From NCBI GenBank assembly GCA_964106645.2, contig OZ067040.1: a DNA stretch of 64,000 bases; one strand, given 5' to 3'. A program made the position numbers and the translations under genes. Source of the DNA: Podarcis pityusensis. Its lineage: Eukaryota. The stretch's first letter is position 1, and every line of letters begins with the position of its first letter. Of this stretch, positions 23,579 through 35,238 are shown in pieces. The notes under the pieces are model-generated. The model saw only the letters and a program-made list of their open reading frames with translations, had not been told where the DNA came from and did not search any database.

Positions 23579-26500
23579 CATCTGGTTGGGTACTGAGAGT
23601 CTAACAGGATGCTGGACTACATGGGTCTTTGGCTGGATCCAGCAGCCAGCAGTCCCTTATGAAGGGACTTGAATGAAAATGGTTGTAGAAATGTCTTTGA
23701 CTCACTGGACGTGTTTATGTGGTTTATAATAGAAGTCGGTTTCTGCAAGACTATGGGAGCTCAACTTTTGAGTTTGCAGGCTCTACTCTGCCCCACTCGG
23801 TGCATCCTCTTGCTGGAGGCATCGCATGAGAGATTCTGTTGTTCTGATTAGCAAGCTGAAAGGAAGATGTCAATTCATTGCTGCATTCCTTTGTCTCTTG
23901 AAAGCAACAATATTCCATCAGGGATCACTCCCTGCTATGGGTATGGTACTGGGGTCTGGCATGTGTGTGCACACTGGCCATGGAGCAGCGTCTTTTTGGT
24001 ATGCTGCTAGTGGCTACTTCATGGAATGCACTCACTAAGGAGGCCTGCTTGCCCTCAACACAGAGTGTTTTTAGATGCTTGGCTAAAGCCTGACAGCTGA
24101 CCATTTGTTTGGCTTCACCCTCTTGCTACTGCAGTGGGGCTGTGCCTACTGATCTGCCTGCTGAGTGGATTGCCTTGTTGGGGCTGCAATGGTTGCATAT
24201 GTCACCCCAGCTTCTATTTCTGTTGTTGTCCATTTGTCTGTCTGTTTATTGCTTTGAAATTTCATAGTTATTCACTGGTTTTGAATTGTTAGACACTTTG
24301 GTTTCTTTGCCACGAGACAGCAAGGATATAAATAAAATAAATAAATAACTTTCTCCTGGATGGACAGTTTATCCTCTTCTAAGAACAGAATTAATTACAC
24401 ATCTTCTTAATGGATCATCTTTGATCTACATGGCCAGGATCACAACATAATATAAAGTGCATCTTGCAGGCCTTTCAGTATACTGGCTTGTGTGGGTGGG
24501 GGTCAGGGTCAGGGGGGAGAACAGCAAGCTGTGGTTTCAACTGCCTTTTTCTTTATAGGTTTTTCTCATCAAATGATGCTAATTGAAAATTAAGAAAGCA
24601 GGCTGAAATCTTGTGACTTCACTTACAGTGTTCCAAACATTTTTGGCTACTTTGCCACTGCAGTTGCTCCAGTTGTTCTTTTTGATTCCAGCATGTGTGG
24701 GGATGCAAGGACTCGACTACTATAAATTCAAGCTATGTTCTTAGACTACACCATGCCCTGCTTTTGTAATGCAAATGAGAGGCACAAAGTGTCTCTTTGA
24801 TAATATGCAGTCAGGAGACAGAAAAGGTTTCACTCAAACAGTAAAAGTAATTCATAAAGCTGAAAAGAGGAGTAAGAAAGCATTGTGATGTTTCTAAAAA
24901 CGCCATAAATGTATTTTGTATCAACATAATTTTGACTATTTACACACTCCAAATGCGAAGCCCATGAAGAAAATTGTTGCCTTATTTTTGCTTTGTAGAG
25001 CAAAAGAAGTTTTGATTAAGCAGGATGAAAATTTACATTGATTTCCAGAATAGCATGCTTCAAATTTGTGAATGTTTTAATTGAACACCTAGTTTTAATT
25101 GAACACAGAACACTAGTCAGTTAATGTTAATATTTGCAATGTTGCTGAAACAGCAGCATTCAAACAAGAGAATTAGGGAGGAAGGAGAACCATTTTAACT
25201 TTTTATAATTATGTATACTTCAAAATCCTAATTGGGGATGCAGGCTGTGACAGGAGGTAACAAGACATGTAACAAAAATCTCCAAACCATATTCTAGGAA
25301 TGTGTTAAGTTTATTGTGGGCAAGGCAGAACTCTTAGAAAAAATGCTACTACTAATCGCTCCTCCCCACCATATCCAGTACACTGCTTTGATGAAGGGCT
25401 TTCCTTTTTTTTACATTTTCCAGTCCTGCTCATGTTAGGTCGCTTGTTCCAATGCTTGCTTTCATTCTTTTAAACTACAACTTGCAGCTCCTTTTTGTTT
25501 TTTCAGCTTGGGCAAAGAAGCCGCTCTGTGCCAAAAAGGAATTATTAACCTAGAGTCTGAAAGGAGATAACTTAGTCTGATTTTATCATAGCAACAGTTT
25601 TCCCATGGACTGGCTTGCAAATATTCTATAGCCATAACGATGAGGCATTGCGCTGGGCAAGGTATTAGGTCTGGGAATGTTATTGCCACTTGGTTATCAA
25701 GATGGAAAAGATAATATATCACTATCCTAAAATGTACATTTGCTGGAAAATTTTTTGAAAGGAGTGCATTTGGAGAAACAGTGGGATAAAGATATAAGTC
25801 TGAATATAGCCCTGCTGCATTTTTACTGTTTGCTGCTTTGCTTACTGATTATAGTAAAGTGTTGGGGCGGGAGGCGGATTAGACCAAATAACCACAATGT
25901 TTAAAAATGCCTTCATGTCAAGATAGCAATTCCTTAAGTAATAGTATTAAACTGCAAAAATAATGCATAGTAGAAAATTACACTTTTCTGTCACTCTGAT
26001 TTCTTTATTAGTGTTAAAATTACTGCTGTAATTCAGAATGCTGTGGCGGGTGGCATAGGGACTTTATGTTGCAGAACAGAAATAGAAGCATTGAGCGCAA
26101 ATAGTAGTTGCCCCCTACTACTTCAGTGGCACTGAGCAGGAAGGCAGAGAAGGTTTTGCTATCCCTGTTCCTTAAGCCTTTCATGGGCTACCTTGGAGAA
26201 CCGGAACACCCGCCTTATCTGCATATTGTTGGGAAATTACATTAATGTAGTTTTTATTTGGGCAATCACTGAGTGGCTTGAAATATAGTCATACAGCTGC
26301 AACTGAGCCCAAATGCAAAATATTTTTTTTCTTTCTTATTCATGATTAAAAGATCAGGAGCATTCAGAGGGCTAATGCTTCGCTCTCTTATTCCTCCCTC
26401 CCCCATGGAAATTTTCCATCCCCTTTTCCATAGTACAGCATAGTACAGGCAACTCCCTATTTGCACAGGGGTTACATTCAGAAGCACCTCACATTTAAAT

Positions 26501-26907
26501 GAAATGGTGTATATTTCAGACACCATTGGAAAAGCTTGCAAACACCCTCTACACCTCAGGAAGCCCTTGGAAACCCCTTTAAAAAACCCAGCAGTATTAC
26601 AAGACACCAAACTCCACTGAACTTCACAACAATCGCTCGCTCCCTCCAAACCCCTTTGCTCAAACTCCAACTCTCCATAGGCCTCAATGGTCAGTGTAAG
26701 GCTTGTGGTATTGCCAGGTTCTGCTTTTGGACCTTTTTATGCCCTTTCTGGGCTCTTTTAGGACTGTTTTTGCCATGTGTAAATTGGTTGTTGCCTGTAT
26801 AGCTAACATGGAAAAGGGAAGGAAGGGGGAAATTTGCATGGGAGGAGGGAAGGATTACCTCAGTTTTTCAAAATCTGGTTAAATGTTGGCCATTGTTGTT
26901 ATGTTGT

Positions 26908-26955
26908 TGTTATGTTATGTTATGTTATGTTATGTTATGTTATGTTATGTTATGT
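26908..26955. repeat. (TGTTA)n microsatellite
   Basis: Seen directly. Confidence 0.95.
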
Positions 26956-27189
26956 TTGTTTCTTTAAAGGCTGAATGAATATTTATTTACAGTATTTATA
27001 GGACACTATATAACAGAGATATTGGGATGGCGTACAACTATAATGAAAACTCTGGGGTGCCACCACTAAAAAGGCTTTCTCTTCTATAGCAATCTATTGC
27101 ACCTCATTTGTTGGCACTTGGGGAAAAGGGTATCTGAATTTGTCCCTAAGATTCAAATTGCAGTTGGTATCTTTAATATTGCTTTCCAA

Positions 27190-27590
27190 CATACATTAAT
27201 ATAATCAGGCTGTAATTATCTCAATTCTCCCTGGATCCCTTTTCTAAAAAAATGTGTTAAATTAATCATTTTGCAATCCTCATGTATGGAGGGTGACCTT
27301 AGGGACAAGTTACATATTTTTGTTGAAATTTCAGCAATTTTACATTTCAGTTATTTAAGAACTCTTTGAGGGATCCAGTAATTTTTTCCAGTTTTAAATT
27401 TGTCAGTAATGCCTTGAACCTCATCTTCTTTCATCACTTTTTGCTTCAGTTCCTCATACCTCCTAAGAAAGTTAGCTCAGGCAGAGTGATTTTTCCTACA
27501 TCCTTCACTGTGAAGACGGATGTGAAGAATTCATTTAGCTTCTCTCTGCAGTCCTGTAGCCTTTGCCTCCCTTGTCACCCAAAGATTTGA
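27190..27590 (-). mobile_element. CR1 LINE internal fragment
   Basis: Clearly similar to 37800-38150 (ggatcccttt...ttacatatttttgtt...tcagcaattt...tgtgaagac.gatg..aagaattcatttagcttctct). Confidence 0.75.
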
Positions 27591-27911
27591 TATCAGTTGT
27601 GGGGCAAGTAAATACATGGCTGTAAAGCAACAATTAGGAGTATTATGGTGTGCTTCTGCTAGTTCCTTGGCAGGTGGGAGTTTGTATTAAACTCCTTTTT
27701 AAAAATTCATTAAATGCAAGACCCACTAGGATTGGTTCCACTCAAGAGGGCCCCCCCAGTCTTGTCTTTGAAGTTTGGTCACCTGACATCATGGTGACAT
27801 CAGTGGGACAATCTCCCAAGAATCGCTCGAATTCCATTAGTCTCTGAAGACAGACCAGCATAGTACAGACACAGCACTGCACCATGATTAATGTTGAACA
27901 GGGAAGGGACA

Positions 27912-28451
27912 TCAGGAATCTGACATCAGGAATCACAAGACAGAGAAACCAGTAGGAGAACACTTCAATCTCCCAGGACATTCTATACAAGATATCAAAG
28001 TAGCTGTCATATTACAAAAGAATTTCAGAAATAGACTGGAAAGAGAAGTTGCTGAATTGCAACTTATTACCAAACTTAAAACCATGGAGAGACCTGGTCT
28101 GAATAGAGACATTGGATTCTTATCTCATTATACATCATAAAGCTATTTTTAGCCATCTCACCCCTTGCTTTTTCCTCTAAGACCAATTGCAGTTGTTAAC
28201 AGTCGTCAACAGGTTTACCACACCTATCAGCCAATCACCCATTCCCACCACCCTTCTGAGTAATACCCCTCCCCACCCTCTCACTATATATAAGGGTCTG
28301 GTGACTTCTGTTTCAGTGTATCTGAAGAATTGTGCAGGCACACGAAAGCTCATACCAATAACAAACTTAGTTGGTCTCTAAGGTGCTACTGGAAGGAATT
28401 TTTTTTATTTTGTTTTGACTACGGCAGACCAACACAGCTACCTACCTGTAA
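27912..28451 (+). mobile_element. Penelope-like retroelement (PLE), 5'-truncated: GIY-YIG C-terminus plus 3' pseudo-LTR
   Basis: Frame 27919-28140 reads SDIRNHKTEKPVGEHFNLPGHSIQDIKVAVILQKNFRNRLEREVAELQLITKLKTMERPGLNRDIGFLSHYTS*, with the HF..PGH, R...E and GLN motifs typical of PLE GIY-YIG endonuclease. 12-bp direct repeat AGGGAAGGGACA at 27900-27911 and 28452-28463. Confidence 0.88.
28318..28355 (+). ncRNA. Minimal type I hammerhead ribozyme motif within the PLE
   Basis: GTAT-CTGAAGA-A-[TTGTG CAGG CACAC]-GAAA-GC-TC-ATAC: stem I (GTAT/ATAC), core CUGANGA, stem II hairpin, GAAA, palindromic AGCT in place of stem III, and a UC cleavage site. Confidence 0.75.
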
Positions 28452-30259
28452 AGGGAAGGGACAGTGAATTCATCCAGGAAAAAGAAGATGCTCTCGATAT
28501 GTTAGCCATGGTTAAGATAATTGGAAAACTTAATAGCAGTCAGTAGAATATTCAAGTAGAATATTGAGGTGAGCTGTGATGGCTTTCTTTTCTGGAAAAT
28601 CCTCTTTTTGAATCTTGCCTCTGCCATGACCTCACTAAGTGTATTGGAGGCTAGTAGTTATCAGTTTTATTTCCCTTTCTGCAATAAAGGGGATAATAAT
28701 GCCTACAATCAGCAAAATCAGCTTTTACTCTTCAAAAGGGGCCATTTGAATACAGTTAACAGTTGTTTGTACATTATGTGTCGTACGACCCTGAGAACAT
28801 CTTTAGTATTCTTTTAGTCTTCTTGAATGTAGCAATTGAATATGATGCATTCTAAAACACGTTAATGGTATCAAGCAATCCACACATTGGATTTATCTTT
28901 ATAAGGTTGAAGAATACGTTTGTTGTTTGTTGAATTTATTGTTTGGTATAGTAGCAGCAGCATATTGCTGCTAACTACAGCCCTTATAAACATGCAAGAG
29001 CTTTGTAAAACAATAGATCTTGTGTCAAAATCCTATTGCAAGGCTGGTTGGTCTGAATTTGCTCATATGCCTACCTGCAATCTGAGCCTCTTCCCATCCC
29101 CCTTTGACCCTAGCTATGAAAGGTAAGCTGCATTCCTTCAATATAAATGTGTGCTGGATTGATTCTAGGAAGGGAGCATAAGCCTCACCATACATAATCA
29201 CTGTTTTATGGCTTTCACTCATTTGGAGGTGTTAATGCAGATCAAATGGAAAACACTCCAGAAAGAATAGCTCAGGCTACTGCTCTGCCCTATATGTGGT
29301 CCTAATCGTTAATTCTTATTGTAAGATCTAAAGGTAATTTTGTTTGCTCTCCTAATGTGTTACAGCTTTCCCAGAGGCTTGAACATATCCTTTCTCAAAT
29401 TCCCATCTTGATCAATTGTGTGCAAATAATTAAGCTTTTAAGAGATAATGGTATGAGGCTAATGTACACAACAAAAGTAAAGATCTCAAGTCACTGCTTA
29501 TCGAGCAGTGGCCCAATCTCTTTTCATATCCCCAAGTGATCTTGGTGATAAGTATACTTCTTAGCCGAAATCAGTGCTTATGTTAATTATTGACTGGTTT
29601 TCAAGGTTTCTTTTTTGTTCTTTAAAAAAATGTATGAGATGCTGCTGTGGAAAGATAGTGGTTATTGCTAAAAAGATTAAAAGAGAATTGTCAGCAATTG
29701 TGGAAAATGAATTTCCTATTTTATTAAAATGACAGTTATCAGGTTCTTACTCTTTCCTCTGTTGCAATGCTCTGTCTGCTATTGCCTGTAGCATGTGCCT
29801 TACTAGCCTCATGGGTGGAAATATAAGAAGGTTTTGAATGTTTTTACAGCAGCCTAGCCTGTGGCAAGTTGATTCTTTGCCATGGTGCTTGTTGTTGTTG
29901 TTGTTTGTTTGTTTGTTTGTTTCTTATTCTTAGTTTATAAGGAATCATTCATGCTATCTGCAGAAAGCTTATAATGGAGATTCATAATTTTTCAGGTATT
30001 TGAAACATACTGTAATTCTTTTCAACTCAACCTCATTGTGAACTTTTTCTGGGAGAGATTATCTACATGAAGTCATGGCTTTCATGTGATTATAGCAATT
30101 ATAGGTTTTTCATGAAACTGAACATTTTTTTGCTACACTAAGCCAATAACCAGAGGGGGTGGGGGTGGGGCTGAAGAATCAGATGACCATAAATATACCA
30201 TAGTTTAACATATTTTTTTCAGATGCTTCTGGTAATTGGTTTTTTTATTTTTATTTCTA

Positions 30260-30560
30260 CAGTAGCTGTATTATTCTAATGGCTAATTTTATCTGTTCTT
30301 GTCTATTTGTTAAAAGTCCAGAACAATTGAAAATTGCTTATTGGCGACAGACTTCTCAATCCCCATAGCTCGAGGCTGTGCTAAAAATTCTTGCTCCTGC
30401 ATAGAATTAGGCACAGCTTGCTTGGTTACGTAAAGTCAGATCACATGCAAGGTATAAAGCAAAATAAGAAAGAGAAATAGTGTTCGTTGTTACATCGAGG
30501 TAATAAAGAGTTAAACCTAAGTAAACAAAATGGTAAACAAACTGAACAGCAAGCATTTGA
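30260..30560. promoter_or_regulatory. Candidate conserved intronic enhancer
   Basis: TTACGTAA (30426-30433), two GTAAACAA forkhead sites (30521, 30533) and retained CpGs. Confidence 0.35.
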
Positions 30561-30654
30561 AAACAACATTAGAGGTTACTTAGGGTAATTTGTTGTGAAA
30601 AACAATTCTGAGAGCTACTATATCCCTACATAAATTATCAGAAAAGGCACAATG

Positions 30655-30836
30655 TCTAGGAACACAGGAACCCGCAATATATCCAGTCAGCTCAGTACTG
30701 CCTACACTGGCTGGCAGTGGGTTTCTAGGCTTTAGGCAGGAATGCCTCCCAGTCTTAGCTAGGGAATACTGATTATTGAATCTGGGACCTTTTGCATGCA
30801 CGGCAAATGTTCTGCCACTGACCTATGGCCCTTCCC
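30655..30836 (-). mobile_element. tRNA-derived SINE with CR1-like tail, degraded
   Basis: The reverse complement head GGGAAGGGCCATAGGTCAGTGGCAGAACATTTGCCGTGCATGCAAAAGGTCCCAGATTCAAT has A- and B-box-like motifs. Confidence 0.7.
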
Positions 30837-31321
30837 TGACTAGAGTGATAGTACAGTGTGTAACATCACAATCTGGCAAGGCTACAACCTAGCAACTCAT
30901 ATCGAAGCATTGCATTGATCTAGCTGGAGGGATTATTCCTGCTGTGCTAGAAGCAGAGTCCATTACCTGCCATATTATGCTAAGTGTTTTACAGAACAGA
31001 AGTAGGTAGAGACAACGGATCCTGATAGAAGAGAGTCCGAGAACCAACTCACAAGAATACAGTCTTAGGCATTTCTCAGTCAACTATGTTGGCACATCCC
31101 CAGATAAGGTGTTAGAAAGCCATTGTAACTGACAGACAGGGTAGATGGAGGATCTCAACCCTCATAGTGCAGAGTAAATACCACCAGATCTACCTTGTTG
31201 TGCACCTAATATGTAGGTCTTTGCAATCATAGGTATAATTAGGACAAAGGCCCCTCGCTATTTGAATGTCCAGAATTAAAATGTTTCAAAGGTTCATTTT
31301 ATAAAATGATCTACCAAAATG

Positions 31322-31638
31322 CAGTGGTGCCTCGCAAGACGAAATTAATCCGTTCCGCGAGTCTCTTCGTCTAGCGGTTTTTTCGTCTTGCGAAGCAACC
31401 CTATTAGCGGCTTAGCGGATTAGCGCTATTAGCGGTTTAGCGGCTAAAAGGCTATTAGCGGCTTAGCGGCTTAGAAAAAGGGGGGGAGCGAAAAAAATTC
31501 AAGACTCGCAAGACATTTTTGTCTTGCGAAGCAAGCCCATAGGGAAATTCGTCCTGCGAAGCGCATCGAAAAACGGAAAACCCTTTCGTCTAGCAGGTTT
31601 TTCGTCTTGCGAGGCATTCGTCTTGCGGGGCACCACTG
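31322..31638. mobile_element. Tc1/mariner (Tigger-like) MITE, CpG-rich, with an internal TTAGCGGC repeat array
   Basis: 22-bp TIRs CAGTGGTGCCTCGCAAGACGAA / TTCGTCTTGCGGGGCACCACTG (one mismatch). Both flanks read TG. Confidence 0.88.
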
Positions 31639-33859
31639 TGTATGGTGGATATAGCACAAGACCACTTGTTTGTAACTGGCCACTTGTTTGTAATTGTAGA
31701 GTCAGAACAGGCATAAACACAGTGAAAAGTGCCAAAATGTCCACATTCTTTCATTCTTTCTGTAAAATATAAAAGCAAAAATTTCTCAGCATGTTTAGTT
31801 GATGTTAAAAGTGTTAGTTAAGTTACAATGGTACTTGAAATTGAGGGTTTTATAAAAAAATCATTTGCGAATAACTTTCTAATTTTGTCAAACGCTAAAG
31901 TCTAGTTTAAGAGCACCTCCCCAGTCTGGTATATTCTTATTAGTTGATTCCACATCAATTCTCTCACATTGCAACATTATCTTTACTAGGCTTTGGATTT
32001 GTCTTGGAAGTAAATTCCAAAGCAGAAGTTGTTCAGGATTTTGTGGGCCCTTGGGCAAGAGGCTATCTGTGGGCTCTCCTATCTTCATTTTGTTCATGGA
32101 TGCGTGGAAAAGAAGAAGCCCTTGAGAAAGAATAATACGCTTTCTCTTCCCAGTGTGTAACGGATGCAGGTTAGGGAAAGGGGCTTCCAGGGCAATGAAT
32201 CTGATTTAATATATATTTATGGAAACTATACCTGCATGTGTTGAACCAAAGGCTGGCTAATGGGTATGGGAGATCACTTCACATTTGTGCAATAACATGT
32301 GATCACTTCACATGTGTGCAGTAACAGGGAAGGTGTTAGTGGGGCTCTATAGTGGCTCGTACAGCAGTCCTTAGGCCCCAGCAAATGTTTTTTTACTCAG
32401 TTCACTGCTGATGCCTGCCATGTGGCTGCACAGGGGTATTGTTGCCACTTGCTTCACATTGTCGTTTTCACTTTCCCAACTTCACTTCATGCAAACTGTT
32501 TCCAGGTATGTGACCCCAGGATGATGTGGAGAAATGTATTATGTGTGATATGAAGCAGAAGTACATGGACACACACTGCACTGATTATCACAGCCATGGC
32601 AACACCAAAAAATTACTTGGGATAGTAATATGGAACAAATAATATGGAGCAGTAATGGAACAAATAATATTTGAAATGTTTATGGGACCCACAATATTGA
32701 TTTATTTTGGGGAAAATACATGAAGAAAGCTCCCAATCATTATCTAATTTTATTTTGAAAGTCTTGCAAATTATGTGAATTAAGATTACAGTGAATAGCA
32801 TTCTAAATTACAGTGAGCTGAATTCCTGTTTTTAATGAAGTGGGCCAGAATAGATTGGTCATTATTGATTCTGAGAGCCTCCTGGCGTAGTGGTGTTTAT
32901 ACTGAAAGTCCAGAAATATTTTAGTACAGTGGACCCCAACTCAATGCATCCCTTCAAAATTGATAAGGGTCTTGCGAGACCATTTAAAGAATTTTCTGCC
33001 TGTTGTTGTAATGCACTGTGCTAGATGCTGTATAGTTTTAATTGCATTTCTATGTATGTATGTATGTGTATCATTTTATGCATTGCTATTTCAGTTACAT
33101 ATAAGAAATGAAAGCAGCAATAAAATATATAAAATAAATATGCATACTTATTATGAAGGATATGCCATCTCCCATTGTCAACCACAAACCCACAGACACA
33201 ATGCGGAACCACTGGTGATCCATGAACCCCTGTTTAGGAGTCCCAGTTTGATCAAAGGATTAATAGCCCCATGCATAAATATGGCATAAAGCTATGCAGA
33301 AGTAAAATAATGTGATGAGAGAGCATTTTCTAAACTAAAAGCTGAAATCCTCACAGCAGAAGTTGAATTTCTGAGCTGATGATTGCACTTGTTCTTGACT
33401 ACAATTGAGCTTAACACTTTAAGTGCATAAAACACAAGTATTTTGATCAAAAGTTCGTAGCTGGGTTGGTTCATTAGAACAAAATTCATAAGCAAAGTTA
33501 ATGTTTGCCAGTAAGATGCAGGCCTCATATTGGCATAAAATCAGAGTATGGACTGTTGGATATATTTTTAACAAGTATTGTGCAAAATACAGAAAATGAT
33601 AACGTATGTAATTCTGTCAAACAAGACTTGGAACTTTGTGCTACTGTTGCAACTACCCTCCCTCAGTGTCAAAAGTACTTGCTTGTATCCTAAGCAGCTC
33701 TTTCTACACTTCACTAATCATTATAATTGGCTTGTCTTTTACTGCCATTAATTATATGATGTAGTAGCCCATTAATAATTATGAGAGTGACACACCTCAG
33801 CATTTTTGTCTTTAATTATAGATACTGCACTTTTACGATTCAACTAAGATAGCTGATAA

Positions 33860-33997
<138 letters not shown>

Positions 33998-35106
33998 TAA
34001 GTAATTGTGCTTTAATGTTTGCACACAATCAGTATTCCAGCCTCTGGCAGCCTGCAGCTAATGGTTTGCATTGAGATGATGCAGTAGCCTACATTTCTTT
34101 GCTAGTTTATGGGTACAAAACCAGCATCGCCTCAGTGATGTTTTCAGCTAGGGGAACTAGTTATTTTACTCCTTCAGGGTTCTTCTACTCCTTCAGGATT
34201 ACAGATATTTGCTTTCTCATAACTTGGGAAATAGTTAGATTTCAATGCATAACTATTTGTGTGGCGCCTGCTGCCTGGCTAGAATGGATCTATTTTAGTT
34301 CACCTTTCAAGCAGTCAATTTCTCTATTGCTAGGAAATTACAAATAAATTAACCATTATTATAGTTCTTCTATAGTCATCGGTTCATTCTGGCTTGATTT
34401 GTATTAAGGTGTGTTAACGGCTCTTGCGACACAGCATACAAGCTGTTTAAATCCCATTAAAGTCAATGTAAGTTAAGCAAACTGAGCATGGGACCACACC
34501 CATGATCTGAGAAAGCTGGTTCTAAAATTGCTTTACAGCATAAAAGGGAACAACCTGAAACAAATCTGCCCCAAATCTTGCTTTGGGAGAAAGAAAGAAA
34601 AAAGTCTCCTTAAAAATATTAAGCTTTTGCTGTTTCTGATTACATGGGTCCTAAGTTAGCAAAAAGATCACCATTTTAAAAAAAATGATTTAATGTATTG
34701 CCATATGTTTTGCGTAGAAATGCAGGTTTCACACAGTATACCAGAACAAGGCTTATATCTGAAGCATACTGAAATCTAATGCAGTGTAAAATTAAGTGTA
34801 TCTAATTAATTGTCCTAATATTTTTTGATTAGTGTTTACGATGTGGAAACCTTATCCTCTTTGAAGTAATATCCAGAAAATGTCCACAGCAAGCTCAAAG
34901 CCTGGTGGGGTAGGGGAGAGGAGAAATGGGAGAGGGCCAGTTTCTAGACAAAAGTATTTTATATTATTCAGTAAGTGTCAGAGATTAATATTGCTGAAGC
35001 TTTAATTACATGGCCTAATCCATTTTAGTGAATAAATTTGGTTTTGATGCCTTACTGCACCTGCATTAGCCAACCTTTCTCTGTCAGAGTGTGACTAGGG
35101 ACCGAT

Positions 35107-35238
35107 NNNNNNNNNNNNNNNNNNNNNNNNNNNNNNNNNNNNNNNNNNNNNNNNNNNNNNNNNNNNNNNNNNNNNNNNNNNNNNNNNNNNNNNNNNNNNN
35201 NNNNNNNNNNNNNNNNNNNNNNNNNNNNNNNNNNNNNN
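35107..35238. other. N-run (132 nt)
   Basis: Seen directly. Confidence 0.99.

Noticed and set aside
24540-24570. Pyrimidine tract plus AG|GT as a recursive splice site (also 29985-30002)
   Set aside because: The regenerated donors (GTTTTT and GTATTT) are poor matches to GTRAG, and such sites are expected by chance.
31400-31475. TTAGCGGC repeats as a telomere-like or CRISPR-like array
   Set aside because: They are not TTAGGG, have no unique spacers, and lie inside a TIR-bounded MITE in a vertebrate genome.
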